In this document: positions 9,565-18,551 of the stretch, piece by piece
Numbering within the stretch: the first letter of the stretch is position 1
Layout of the letters: each line of letters begins with the position of its first letter
Sequence record: OQ828465.1
Direction: 5' to 3' (one strand)
Length of the DNA stretch: 64,000 nucleotides
Notes under the pieces: generated by a model
Told to the model about the DNA's origin: nothing
Database searches by the model: none
The model's input: the letters and a program-made list of their open reading frames with translations, nothing else
Made by a program: the position numbers and the translations under genes

Positions 9565-9881
9565 TGCTTATACCAATTAAACTTCGTAAGACATTTAAAA
9601 GACTGGGCAAAAGACATTCTAAAAGAGTGTTGGCTGCCCAGTCATCTTTTCTGCCGTTTGGTGAATTAACGTTGAGGAAGCAAAGAATGCCTAAGAAAAA
9701 TAAAGAATATATTCTTGATGTTATTGATACTAATACTAAAGAACTACAGGCACAGATTAATACGTTAAGTGAACTTGTATGTGAACAACAGAAACAAATT
9801 AGTTTATTAAACAGAACACTAGTTGAGTTACAAGATAATTTGAAAAAAAAAAAGATATGGATTAAAAATGAATGTAGTTGA
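9540..9881 (+). CDS. coiled-coil protein (likely start ATG 9687) ending across an A11 run
   Basis: GAGGA RBS before 9687; heptad-like LQAQINTLSELVCEQQKQISLLNRTLVELQ. Confidence 0.65.
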   Translation: MGIKRYYLMLIPIKLRKTFKRLGKRHSKRVLAAQSSFLPFGELTLRKQRMPKKNKEYILDVIDTNTKELQAQINTLSELVCEQQKQISLLNRTLVELQDNLKKKKIWIKNECS

Positions 9882-10197
9882 TGAGTACCTACTTTTGACC
9901 TTATTCTGGATAGTTGTTTTATTTTCATTTATCCATGTATCGCAACGTTATAAACGAATTAAAGAAAAACGAAGAGTTGATTTTCTAGTTAAAAGAGAAT
10001 TAGTATATAATTATTTCAAAGTAACAGATCCTTCTGAATTAACTAATGATTCTATAGAAAGTATTATACTTAAATTAATTGGTGATAATTATAGAAAATT
10101 AACAGATATGCAGAAATTAGTAATTAGGGCAGCAGCAGGTCGTGGTTATATGTATAACCCTAACAGACCAATTGGCAAACATTTGAAATATATGTGA
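9868..10197 (+). CDS. membrane protein, N-terminal TM helix
   Basis: YLLLTLFWIVVLFSFIHV followed by basic stretch. Confidence 0.75.
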   Translation: MNVVDEYLLLTLFWIVVLFSFIHVSQRYKRIKEKRRVDFLVKRELVYNYFKVTDPSELTNDSIESIILKLIGDNYRKLTDMQKLVIRAAAGRGYMYNPNRPIGKHLKYM

Positions 10198-10206
10198 GTT
10201 ATAAAA

Positions 10207-10722
10207 ATGTCAGAAAACCGCCCGTTATATATAGCTGCTATTAAAAAAGATCTTTTAAAAACAACAGGTTTGTATAAACCTTATAATGATTCACCAATAG
10301 CTGTGGTTAGTAATGAAACCAGTAAGTGGCATGTAATGCTAAATATATTACGACATGGTTGGGAATGGATTGAAATACCTGAAGGTGAGATTAAACAACC
10401 GGAAAGTTACCATGACTATGTTATTCTAGCATTAACCACTGTATTAACTGATACTTTAGATTATAAAAATGATCCAAACTCTGATAAATATATCAAACAA
10501 ATAATCTGTACTGATATAGCACTAAAAGTTGAATATGATAAATTAATCAATGTGCTAGAGACAAGTAACGAGTTAGATTTAGCTGATGAATACACCTTTA
10601 CTAAACAAGGTAATCTCAGAGGATATTTCCATTATGATGAGTATTATGGTTTAGATGTACTGGCATGTGCATCTTATGTGATCTGTTCACATATCGAACT
10701 AACACCTAGAAATGTTAAATAA
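10207..10722 (+). CDS. hypothetical protein
   Basis: 171 aa ORF. Confidence 0.8.
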   Translation: MSENRPLYIAAIKKDLLKTTGLYKPYNDSPIAVVSNETSKWHVMLNILRHGWEWIEIPEGEIKQPESYHDYVILALTTVLTDTLDYKNDPNSDKYIKQIICTDIALKVEYDKLINVLETSNELDLADEYTFTKQGNLRGYFHYDEYYGLDVLACASYVICSHIELTPRNVK

Positions 10723-10734
10723 TAGGAACTACTG

Positions 10735-11334
10735 ATGAAAAAACGTACCGCTTATATCGATCGTGCTAAATTCCGAGATTTTCTAGCCGAGAAAAAAATT
10801 AGCGTAAGTAGCCGACAGTGGATTGAAAAGAGCCACCCAGATCATAAAGAATATTACAAGGCAATCCTAGATTACGTCGTATCTAATGTAAAATTCAAAG
10901 AAGAACGTTATATTGAAAAGGCAAATGAGGTTATTATTAATGGGTGTATTCGATATCATCTACCCATTCACGCTCAACGTGCACTAACTGTAGTTGAAGA
11001 AGAATTCATTAATAATGCTAGTCTTCAATTTACTTATCTGAATGATAATGATACTAATATTGCCAATATTAACTTTGAAGAAGTTCTTGATGCACAAGTA
11101 ACTGAGAATGAAACTGAACTAAGACAAAGTTGGGAATATGTCAATTGTGATATCAACCCATCAGAATACTTTATTGATGTTGTTGATGTACCAGAAGAAC
11201 TAATTCTTCGTCTATCTGTATTCCGTTTTGTACACAGTATCAAGAAACTGGAAGTAAAGGATAAGTTAGATCTTGCCGATGTTGTAGGTAAAGATCTAGT
11301 TATTGAAGATGGTAACGTTAGGGTTGTAGAATGA
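10735..11334 (+). CDS. hypothetical protein
   Basis: 199 aa, AGGA RBS. Confidence 0.85.
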   Translation: MKKRTAYIDRAKFRDFLAEKKISVSSRQWIEKSHPDHKEYYKAILDYVVSNVKFKEERYIEKANEVIINGCIRYHLPIHAQRALTVVEEEFINNASLQFTYLNDNDTNIANINFEEVLDAQVTENETELRQSWEYVNCDINPSEYFIDVVDVPEELILRLSVFRFVHSIKKLEVKDKLDLADVVGKDLVIEDGNVRVVE

Positions 11335-11387
11335 TTTAAGGCTATTTTAGTAGCTTTATATTCTGATCTTAGCAACCTAGGTACAAC

Positions 11388-11756
11388 GTGATGCAATGTT
11401 TAACACACGTAATGAAGTTAGTGGCCGTATTAAGTACGTTGTTATACGTATCAAACCCACTAGCTGCATCGTTGGTAGTTGACGAGAATTACTGTAATGG
11501 TGTTGCACTTATAGCACATGCCACAGCAGAAGCACGTCAGCGTAAAACACCCATTTTACAATGGGAAGAAAACCTACGATCCCTAAAAGGGTACGGCGTG
11601 AAGAACAAAGATAACGTTCTTTACAATGTTCTCCCAGCAGCAATTAAAGAGGTGCACGTTGTGTATTCACGTAGACAAAGCCCACGTGATGCATACGTTA
11701 CATCATTTAAAACCTGTATGGATAACAACTACGGTAAAGCTGTGGTTGTAAAATAA
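11388..11756 (+). CDS. secreted Cys-pair protein (signal peptide)
   Basis: MKLVAVLSTLLYVSNPLAA signal, one Cys near each end; terminator 11762-11782. Confidence 0.75.
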   Translation: MMQCLTHVMKLVAVLSTLLYVSNPLAASLVVDENYCNGVALIAHATAEARQRKTPILQWEENLRSLKGYGVKNKDNVLYNVLPAAIKEVHVVYSRRQSPRDAYVTSFKTCMDNNYGKAVVVK

Positions 11757-11791
11757 ATACCAGCCCTTCGGGGCTGGTTTATTTCATCTAG

Positions 11792-12109
11792 ATGAGAATC
11801 TGTGGGTTGCAAATGTATAAAGTATTTGTTATATCAATGATAACACTAACGGCTATATCAACATGTGTAACTTTCATTATTAATATAAAAAATCATTATA
11901 TTCACTGGATGGGTGTTTATAAGGTTAGATATGTATTAGATAAAATGCCCAATGGCATAAGTTATTTTTTCTATCAAAATGCTGTCCAAGACATTATAGA
12001 TAAAGAATCATCTAAAATAACAAATCAACATATTTTTACATCTTTTATTTACGATATCAACTCATTGATTATATTAAAATGTAATAATAGGGAAACAGCA
12101 AATGAATGA
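11792..12109 (+). CDS. membrane protein, paralog of 12102..12392
   Basis: N-terminal TM then LDKMPNGISYFFYQNAV. Confidence 0.7.
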   Translation: MRICGLQMYKVFVISMITLTAISTCVTFIINIKNHYIHWMGVYKVRYVLDKMPNGISYFFYQNAVQDIIDKESSKITNQHIFTSFIYDINSLIILKCNNRETANE

Positions 12110-12392
12110 TATCATGACAGTAATTATAGGTATTTTGTTTCTGATTATAATGATGGCTTTAATTAACTGGGGTTATTATGCCATCAAACACACGATAAAG
12201 TGTAACAGGCTTTATAAAGAAGCACTATCAATTATTGACAATATGAGTGATGGTTTATCTGAATACCAGTATACAGTAGCTATTGGACGTTTACGTAAAA
12301 AGGCATACTCTATCGACCATTTAACTGCTGTTAAAATGTTTGAAGCATTAGACTTAGTTATTAAAGATAAGTCAAGAAAGAAAAATAAATAA
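12102..12392 (+). CDS. membrane protein, paralog of 11792..12109
   Basis: N-terminal TM then IDNMSDGLSEYQYTVAI. Confidence 0.75.
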   Translation: MNDIMTVIIGILFLIIMMALINWGYYAIKHTIKCNRLYKEALSIIDNMSDGLSEYQYTVAIGRLRKKAYSIDHLTAVKMFEALDLVIKDKSRKKNK

Positions 12393-12400
12393 GCATAAAT

Positions 12401-12465
12401 AGGAGAGCTATTTAGCTCTCCTTTATTGCATTAAATTTTTTTTGAAATCTATATTACATATTTGG
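12401..12465 (+). promoter_or_regulatory. terminator + early promoter cassette
   Basis: aggagagct/agctctcct hairpin then attgcattaaattttttttgaaatcTATATTAC (12450-12457). Confidence 0.75.
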
Positions 12466-12493
12466 TCAAGTCATATCAAAATAGGTAGTTATA

Positions 12494-12667
12494 ATGCTAG
12501 CATTACATTCACTACTATTATTAGTTATAGTGATTTGTTATATAATTCATAAGTGGTTGTGGTATACTTTCAATATGTTTAAACTAAAAGACATTATTAA
12601 AAATAAAGACAATTTAACTAATGATGAACTATTAAAATTACTCATTGATAAAATAAAGGCAACCTAA
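12494..12667 (+). CDS. 57 aa membrane microprotein
   Basis: read by hand: MLALHSLLLLVIVICYIIHKWLW...; AGGT RBS; TAATG coupling to next gene. Confidence 0.6.
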   Translation: MLALHSLLLLVIVICYIIHKWLWYTFNMFKLKDIIKNKDNLTNDELLKLLIDKIKAT

Positions 12668-13134
12668 TGTATCCATTCTTTACAGGTAATGAGAAAGTTA
12701 CTGTAGATGTTCTTGATGATAAACATAATCTACATAGAAGTTGGACTGATTATAAACATCCCATCACGACGCGTGTGGACGGTAAACTAACCAATGTGTG
12801 GTATAAAGTTGAACCACCGATGAGTGCTAAGGATATTGAAAATAACTTTACAATTGACAAAGATAAAGTTAAATTATCTAATCGTTTGCACCAAGCTTTA
12901 GATGCAACGTTGATTAAAAATGAATTAGAAGAGTTTAACAAATTAATTGATCTATGCGTAAAACATGTTAATTCAGTTAGTATTCATCTAGGTCTTACTA
13001 TTTGGAAATTAGCAGATACTGTAAAATATGAAAAAGCAGATTTAAAGAAACTATTTAATGCACATTATACCAAATCTACTGAACTTGTAAAAGAAAAGAA
13101 TATAGTGCCCTCAGTAGAAGATATCTTCCTATAA
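12667..13134 (+). CDS. hypothetical protein
   Basis: 155 aa ORF. Confidence 0.8.
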   Translation: MYPFFTGNEKVTVDVLDDKHNLHRSWTDYKHPITTRVDGKLTNVWYKVEPPMSAKDIENNFTIDKDKVKLSNRLHQALDATLIKNELEEFNKLIDLCVKHVNSVSIHLGLTIWKLADTVKYEKADLKKLFNAHYTKSTELVKEKNIVPSVEDIFL

Positions 13135-13156
13135 TTTATTTAAAGGTAATACAAAT

Positions 13157-14065
13157 ATGCTAAAGGTAAAATCATTACTTACTGGCCATATTCTTCGAGC
13201 TACCTATGATTGGTTTCTTGAGAATAACTTCAGAGATATTCTAATTGTAGCACATACTCAATTAGTACCTGATTTATCTGAGGTAGCTCTAAAGCATGCG
13301 AAAGAAGATCACACTATCACTTTCAATATCCATCCACGCTGTGCAAAGAATTTTTATATCAGTGACGAATATATCTCTTTCAATGTAACAGTAAATGGAG
13401 TTGGGGTCAGTATTAAACTTCCTCTTTATGCAGTATTGGGTGTAGTTACACCTATTGATGATAATTCTAACGCATTCTTTGAAATGCCGCTAGTGGATAG
13501 ATATCTCAATGCAGATACTATTCGTGCAACATTAGAAGGAACTGTTAATAATGTAGTTGACAAAAACCCAGTATTAACTACCGTAGGTAATGTCACTGAG
13601 GTTAATTTTAAAAATAAAGCCGATACCACTAATGGTAAGTTAGTTGTAAGGAATACATCTGAGAATGAGCATGATCAGATGATTGAAAGCGCCATTAACA
13701 GAGTAACTGAATTTAGTAATCCAGAATTAGATGCACATATTAGAGTAGCGGTAACTGCAATTAAACAGAATGCACCAGAATTAATTATGGATTGGTGTGA
13801 GCGGGTTATTAATTGTACACGTAATGAAAACTATCAGGATAACATCAATGTACTTATGATGGAACTCCTCAGTTACCCTATTTCAAATGTGGTTAGTGAA
13901 TCAACTGTGGACTCGGGTGATAATACATCTAATTCATTTGACAATGATGTAAATAAGATGGTTGAGGATTTCAATAATTCTTCCAATTCGCAGATTATTA
14001 TTAATAAACCTTCTCGTCCTACTGGTCCACCAAAACTCACTGTTATTAAAGGTGGTAAGAAATGA
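13157..14065 (+). CDS. sspB: SspB-like ClpXP adaptor protein with long insertion
   Basis: ILRATYDWFLEN, ITFNIHPRCAKNF..SDEYISFNVTVNG, IKLPLYAVLGV match the SspB core; C-terminal RPTGPPKLTVIK resembles the ClpX-binding tail. Confidence 0.8.
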   Translation: MLKVKSLLTGHILRATYDWFLENNFRDILIVAHTQLVPDLSEVALKHAKEDHTITFNIHPRCAKNFYISDEYISFNVTVNGVGVSIKLPLYAVLGVVTPIDDNSNAFFEMPLVDRYLNADTIRATLEGTVNNVVDKNPVLTTVGNVTEVNFKNKADTTNGKLVVRNTSENEHDQMIESAINRVTEFSNPELDAHIRVAVTAIKQNAPELIMDWCERVINCTRNENYQDNINVLMMELLSYPISNVVSESTVDSGDNTSNSFDNDVNKMVEDFNNSSNSQIIINKPSRPTGPPKLTVIKGGKK

Positions 14066-14319
14066 ATGCAACTTTAGCAATTCTTTTTAGTAGTATCAGT
14101 ATCGCTGGTTATCAAGCCAATGGTGCATCGCAGTCAACCACTGAGTTCTCTGACATGACTACTTGTTTTAGCGCGATTGAGCGTATTCAAAAACTAGCTA
14201 AAGCAAGTGCTATTCGTAATAATGTAGAGACTGTAAAAATCAGCGATGGTGTTCTATTACGTTATTTTTCTTCTAGTACCAGTAAAGTAGAACATACTCT
14301 AATCTGTGTAAATAAATAG
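14062..14319 (+). CDS. small exported Cys-pair protein, similar to 56102..56323
   Basis: hydrophobic N-terminus, EFSDMTTCFSAI ... LICVNK. Confidence 0.7.
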   Translation: MNATLAILFSSISIAGYQANGASQSTTEFSDMTTCFSAIERIQKLAKASAIRNNVETVKISDGVLLRYFSSSTSKVEHTLICVNK

Positions 14320-14327
14320 GTACGGAT

Positions 14328-15035
14328 ATGTCTGAGAAAATGTATTTATCTTTTTCTGGAATTGGACACAATGACGTAATCAAACAAGATCTTAATGGAT
14401 TCATTCCAATGGATGTATCAACTATTGATACTGAAGTGGCTGATCGATTATTTTATACTCCATTCAATAGTTCTGAACCAGATACGTCATTACCTAATGT
14501 TGCTAATGTGGTATTCAAGGTATTACCTATCCATATCGAGGATAACACTATCTGTGTTTTAGATAGTTGTTCTAGTACCGAATACTCATTGAATGACTTA
14601 GTTGATACCAGTGTCTCATCATTAGAAACATATGGTCCATTAATAGATTTACGTAGTAGTGATCCAATTGAGACATATGCTAATCAGGCAGTGTATACTT
14701 GGTTAAATAAGAATATCTGTGATATCGAATTTGAAGTACATGGCGGGCTGCAAGTGCAACTAACTGCTGACCAAGTGCGTTCCAATGTTAATGCATTTGT
14801 AGCAGGTATTGATCTTGACATCGACGATAAATTGATGGTATATGTGGTGATTAAAATCAATGATCGTTTATACGATGCTTGGTCTAGTCAACATGTGGTG
14901 GAACCATTAACAATGTATCATGTACAAGGTGGTCATGAGCCTATTGTCTATAGTGAAACCCATATTGAAAATAGCCTATTGCGATATGCTAAAGAGAAAG
15001 GTTGGGCTGAAATTTTGACTCGTATTGGTCTGTAA
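14328..15035 (+). CDS. hypothetical protein
   Basis: 235 aa ORF. Confidence 0.85.
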   Translation: MSEKMYLSFSGIGHNDVIKQDLNGFIPMDVSTIDTEVADRLFYTPFNSSEPDTSLPNVANVVFKVLPIHIEDNTICVLDSCSSTEYSLNDLVDTSVSSLETYGPLIDLRSSDPIETYANQAVYTWLNKNICDIEFEVHGGLQVQLTADQVRSNVNAFVAGIDLDIDDKLMVYVVIKINDRLYDAWSSQHVVEPLTMYHVQGGHEPIVYSETHIENSLLRYAKEKGWAEILTRIGL

Positions 15036-15140
15036 TAAAAATACTTTTAATAGACTAATATTATAGGCAAAATACTGGCCGATTGGTTAGTTGCGCTTAG
15101 GGGGTCCTTCGGGACTCCCGTATGCCGTCTAGGAGGTTTT

Positions 15141-15434
15141 ATGTATACAGTTACACTTGAACAAGTAGGACACCGTATACAGTCTAGTTTAAGTGCTTTT
15201 GTAATTAGACCGTTTGAAAATACCATTACGCATAATGATACGTCTTATTACTTGATTATGGGTAAAGATGATTTCGATAACATGCACATGGAATGGCGAG
15301 ATGTAGCTGTAGCTGATAGTCAAGCCGTTATAATTGCTACATACACTCCATCAAAAAACTCATTTAATCTTGTAAAAAATGAATTAGGTATTCCGGTTGA
15401 AATCAAATACAAACGGATAGAGGTTGATCTGTGA
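15141..15434 (+). CDS. hypothetical protein
   Basis: 97 aa, AGGAGG RBS. Confidence 0.8.
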   Translation: MYTVTLEQVGHRIQSSLSAFVIRPFENTITHNDTSYYLIMGKDDFDNMHMEWRDVAVADSQAVIIATYTPSKNSFNLVKNELGIPVEIKYKRIEVDL

Positions 15435-15461
15435 TTATTAGTAAGACTAGAGGAATAAAGT

Positions 15462-15662
15462 ATGGATCGTCTTGATGAAAGAATCGCATTCAGTGTAAAG
15501 TCGTACAAAATTTTCAATGCTCTCACCCATGGTCGAGTTCGGGCATTGATTATTAACTTTAAAGATGGTAAGGGTACGATCGTATCTATTAGTGATGAGC
15601 GCCGCCATGATAAACATCTCTGGTTCAACTGTGGACTAGTAGACAATCCGAGGATCAAGTAA
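15462..15662 (+). CDS. hypothetical protein
   Basis: 66 aa, GAGGA RBS, TAATG coupling to thyA. Confidence 0.75.
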   Translation: MDRLDERIAFSVKSYKIFNALTHGRVRALIINFKDGKGTIVSISDERRHDKHLWFNCGLVDNPRIK

Positions 15663-17128
15663 TGGAACAATATCTTAATTCAATCCGTTTAGTTAAAGAA
15701 CACGGTGTACATAAAGGTGACCGTACTGGTACTGGTACTCAGAGCATGTTTGGTCAACAAGAACGTTATAGTCTGCGTAATAATCAGCTACCAGTTGTAA
15801 CCACCAAGAAGATTCATCTAGCTTCTGTAATTCATGAATTGTTCTGGATGCTGTCAGGTGATACTAAGGTGGATTACCTGATCGCTAATGGTGTACGCAT
15901 CTGGAACGAGTGGGTTAAACCTGAAACCGCAGTATATGAGCCGATGACCGATGAGGCCGTTCTTAAAGCAGTAACTGCCCTCATTGGTGCCCCATTCGTA
16001 ATGTACTTACATTGTATGAACGATGACTCTACTCCATTCATTGAGACTGTAGCGGAATTCGAGTCGGGTATGACTCCAGAGACTATTCAGGCCTTCTGGG
16101 ATGAATATCCAGTTAACCGTGAGGAAATCCAATACATCATTGGAGTTAGCGTAACGTCGTGGAATAGGTTCGCTACTGAAGGGTTCGATGAAGCCAAAAA
16201 TCCTGAAGGTATTCGTGCTGAATATAACAAGCGACTGTATCGTGCTTTGATGCATAAAGAACCAGAGCGTCTGGTCGGCGGCGATCTAGGTGCTGTTTAC
16301 GGTAAGACATGGCGTAATCTTGAAGACACTCGTGTAATCCCTAAATATGAGTGGTTTGATTATGAGAAGCGTGGTTTTGACTTCGTGGCGGATATCCCAG
16401 GTACAACCATGGAAACCGATAGATGCGTGGTTACTCGACGTATCGACCAAATCCAAGACATCATCGATCAACTTCGCACCAACCCGGATTCTCGTCGGAT
16501 CATTGTTTGTGCATGGGCGCCACATCTTATTGATGAGCAGGCACTCCCACCTTGCCACGCATTTATTCAGTTCTGGACCCGTGAACTGACCGTAGATGAA
16601 CGAGTGCAAGCTCTAGACCAAACCCAGTTCGAAGCTGATGCTTATCATGATAAGATTAGTGGTGAGATTACTCGTGGTCAACCTCCATTCGATAGTGCTG
16701 AGCAGGTTAAAGCACTTCTGCGTGTCTGTCGTGGTTATGAAAAGGCTACAGATGAAGCAGTAGTAGAATGGCTGGATCAACATGGTGCTCCGAAACGAGC
16801 CATCAGTTGTCAACTCTATCAAAGATCTTGTGATACTTTCTTAGGAAAACCCTTTAACATCACATTCTATAGTCTGCTGACTCACATGTTAGCTAACCAA
16901 ATGAATATGATTGCTGAAGAGTTTATCTGGACTGGTGGTGATGTACATATTTACTCTAATCACCAAGAACAGACTGATCTTCAATTAACTCGTGAACCGA
17001 AGGTTCTACCAACTATTCGTTTCAAACAAGAAGCTATTGGTAAAGATATTCGGGAAATTGGTGTAGATGATTTTGTTATCGAAAACTACGAATATCATTC
17101 ACACATTGCTGGTAAAGTTGCTGTCTAA
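15662..17128 (+). CDS. thyA: thymidylate synthase with two large insertions
   Basis: GDRTGTGT, VTTKK, HELFW, IWNEW, GDLGAVYG, SRRIIVCAW, ALPPCH, LYQRSCD..LG.PFNI, GGDVHIY. Confidence 0.97.
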   Translation: MEQYLNSIRLVKEHGVHKGDRTGTGTQSMFGQQERYSLRNNQLPVVTTKKIHLASVIHELFWMLSGDTKVDYLIANGVRIWNEWVKPETAVYEPMTDEAVLKAVTALIGAPFVMYLHCMNDDSTPFIETVAEFESGMTPETIQAFWDEYPVNREEIQYIIGVSVTSWNRFATEGFDEAKNPEGIRAEYNKRLYRALMHKEPERLVGGDLGAVYGKTWRNLEDTRVIPKYEWFDYEKRGFDFVADIPGTTMETDRCVVTRRIDQIQDIIDQLRTNPDSRRIIVCAWAPHLIDEQALPPCHAFIQFWTRELTVDERVQALDQTQFEADAYHDKISGEITRGQPPFDSAEQVKALLRVCRGYEKATDEAVVEWLDQHGAPKRAISCQLYQRSCDTFLGKPFNITFYSLLTHMLANQMNMIAEEFIWTGGDVHIYSNHQEQTDLQLTREPKVLPTIRFKQEAIGKDIREIGVDDFVIENYEYHSHIAGKVAV

Positions 17129-17133
17129 CATAA

Positions 17134-17153
17134 ATGCCTCCCTTTGGGGAGGC
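17134..17153 (+). terminator. intrinsic terminator
   Basis: gcctccc-tttg-gggaggc-tttattt. Confidence 0.8.
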
Positions 17154-17261
17154 TTTATTTCCCTATGGTTCATTTGGGATATTCAGCGAATACTACTATG
17201 CACAGACTCCTGCCTAGTGGACCGATGTAGTACGTAAATACAATACAAAGGAATTTGTCCT

Positions 17262-17669
17262 ATGAACAACACTGAACTGAAGCGTCAACTTGAAATGGTT
17301 ATTGAACTGATGGGGGTCTTTCCTGATCCTCTCACGATCGGTATCGCCGGTAATAGAGTAACCAAAGAAACTCGCTGTAGCCTTTTTAACGGAAAAGATC
17401 CAGGTGAAGAGTTTAGTATTGGTCTTGGTATCAGTAGTCGCAAGCAATGGTTGAAGCTTGCAGATCATGCACTGATTCTTACTAAGCCCGAGAAAGAGCC
17501 TATTGTCATCCCGTACGAGGCTATATGCGAACTATCGGCACCACTGAAATTCGAAGAGGAACTTGTGAGCAAAGGTTGGTTTGTATACAACTTGCTGGGT
17601 ACATCGATGTTCATGTATCTGGACACAGGTAAAGAAGAAAAACTCAAATTTGAAAAGGTTGGTGGATAA
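17262..17669 (+). CDS. hypothetical protein
   Basis: 135 aa, AAGGA RBS. Confidence 0.8.
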   Translation: MNNTELKRQLEMVIELMGVFPDPLTIGIAGNRVTKETRCSLFNGKDPGEEFSIGLGISSRKQWLKLADHALILTKPEKEPIVIPYEAICELSAPLKFEEELVSKGWFVYNLLGTSMFMYLDTGKEEKLKFEKVGG

Positions 17670-18502
17670 TGGATCAACGTCATCCAGTTAACGATGAGAT
17701 GCGGGTAACGATTAATGTAGAACTAGACCGTATCGAAAAGAAATATGGTGTAAAGATTATTTATGCTTGTGAGTCCGGTAGTCGTGGATGGGGCTTTGCT
17801 TCAACTAATAGTGACTATGACGTTCGTTTCATTTACGTTAACCATCCGAGTCATTATGTTCGTGTGGATAATGAAGCACGTGATACTATTGAAGAGATGG
17901 TGTCTAAAGAACTAGACCTAGCTGGTTGGAGTATCACTAAGACTCTTCAGCTTGCTTACAAGTCTAACCCCACTCTCTTGGAATGGCTAAACTCCCCAAT
18001 CGTTTACCGTAAGGTTGATCGGGACTACAAGTTAATCCGTGATGCTGCGCTAAAGCACTTCATCCCTGAATCGAGTTACATGCACTATATCTCGATGGCC
18101 AAACAAACCAAAATGCGTTGGTTGTCAGATGAGAAGATCCGGATGAAGAAATACTTCTATTCTCTTCGTCCTCTGTTGGCTGCAATGTGGGTCCGTGAAA
18201 GTCTGGAACATCCGCCGATGGTATTCCATGACCTACTGCCTCTTCTGTCAGATCCTATCCTTTATAAACGTATCCAAGAACTGGTTAATGATAAGGTTGG
18301 GTCTATTGAACAGGATCTGATAGATCGTTGCCCTATATTAGATCAGTTCATCGATTTTCAATTGAGTCGTGAGAAACCAGACTTCGGTAAATACGAACGT
18401 CCGGACATCTATACACTTACCGATCTAGCCTGGCATTTTGTTGACCAATACAAGCTCGACACATTCGCGAAACTACAGGATATCGAACGAAGAAAATATT
18501 AG
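17669..18502 (+). CDS. DNA polymerase beta-superfamily nucleotidyltransferase (RlaP/YcgL-like)
   Basis: ESGSRGWGFASTNSDYDVRFIY, DLAGW, SNPTLLEWLNSPIVY, KKYFYSLRPLLA. Confidence 0.9.
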   Translation: MDQRHPVNDEMRVTINVELDRIEKKYGVKIIYACESGSRGWGFASTNSDYDVRFIYVNHPSHYVRVDNEARDTIEEMVSKELDLAGWSITKTLQLAYKSNPTLLEWLNSPIVYRKVDRDYKLIRDAALKHFIPESSYMHYISMAKQTKMRWLSDEKIRMKKYFYSLRPLLAAMWVRESLEHPPMVFHDLLPLLSDPILYKRIQELVNDKVGSIEQDLIDRCPILDQFIDFQLSREKPDFGKYERPDIYTLTDLAWHFVDQYKLDTFAKLQDIERRKY

Positions 18503-18551
18503 TCAATAAAGAAAAAAGTTTAATACCATCTTATTAAAAGGAAAATATTTT

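Noticed and set aside
15662-17128. Inteins or introns in thyA, or a dCMP hydroxymethylase
   Set aside because: Inserts lack Cys/Ser starts, His-Asn ends and endonuclease motifs; the frame is continuous; PFNI keeps the Asn typical of dUMP specificity
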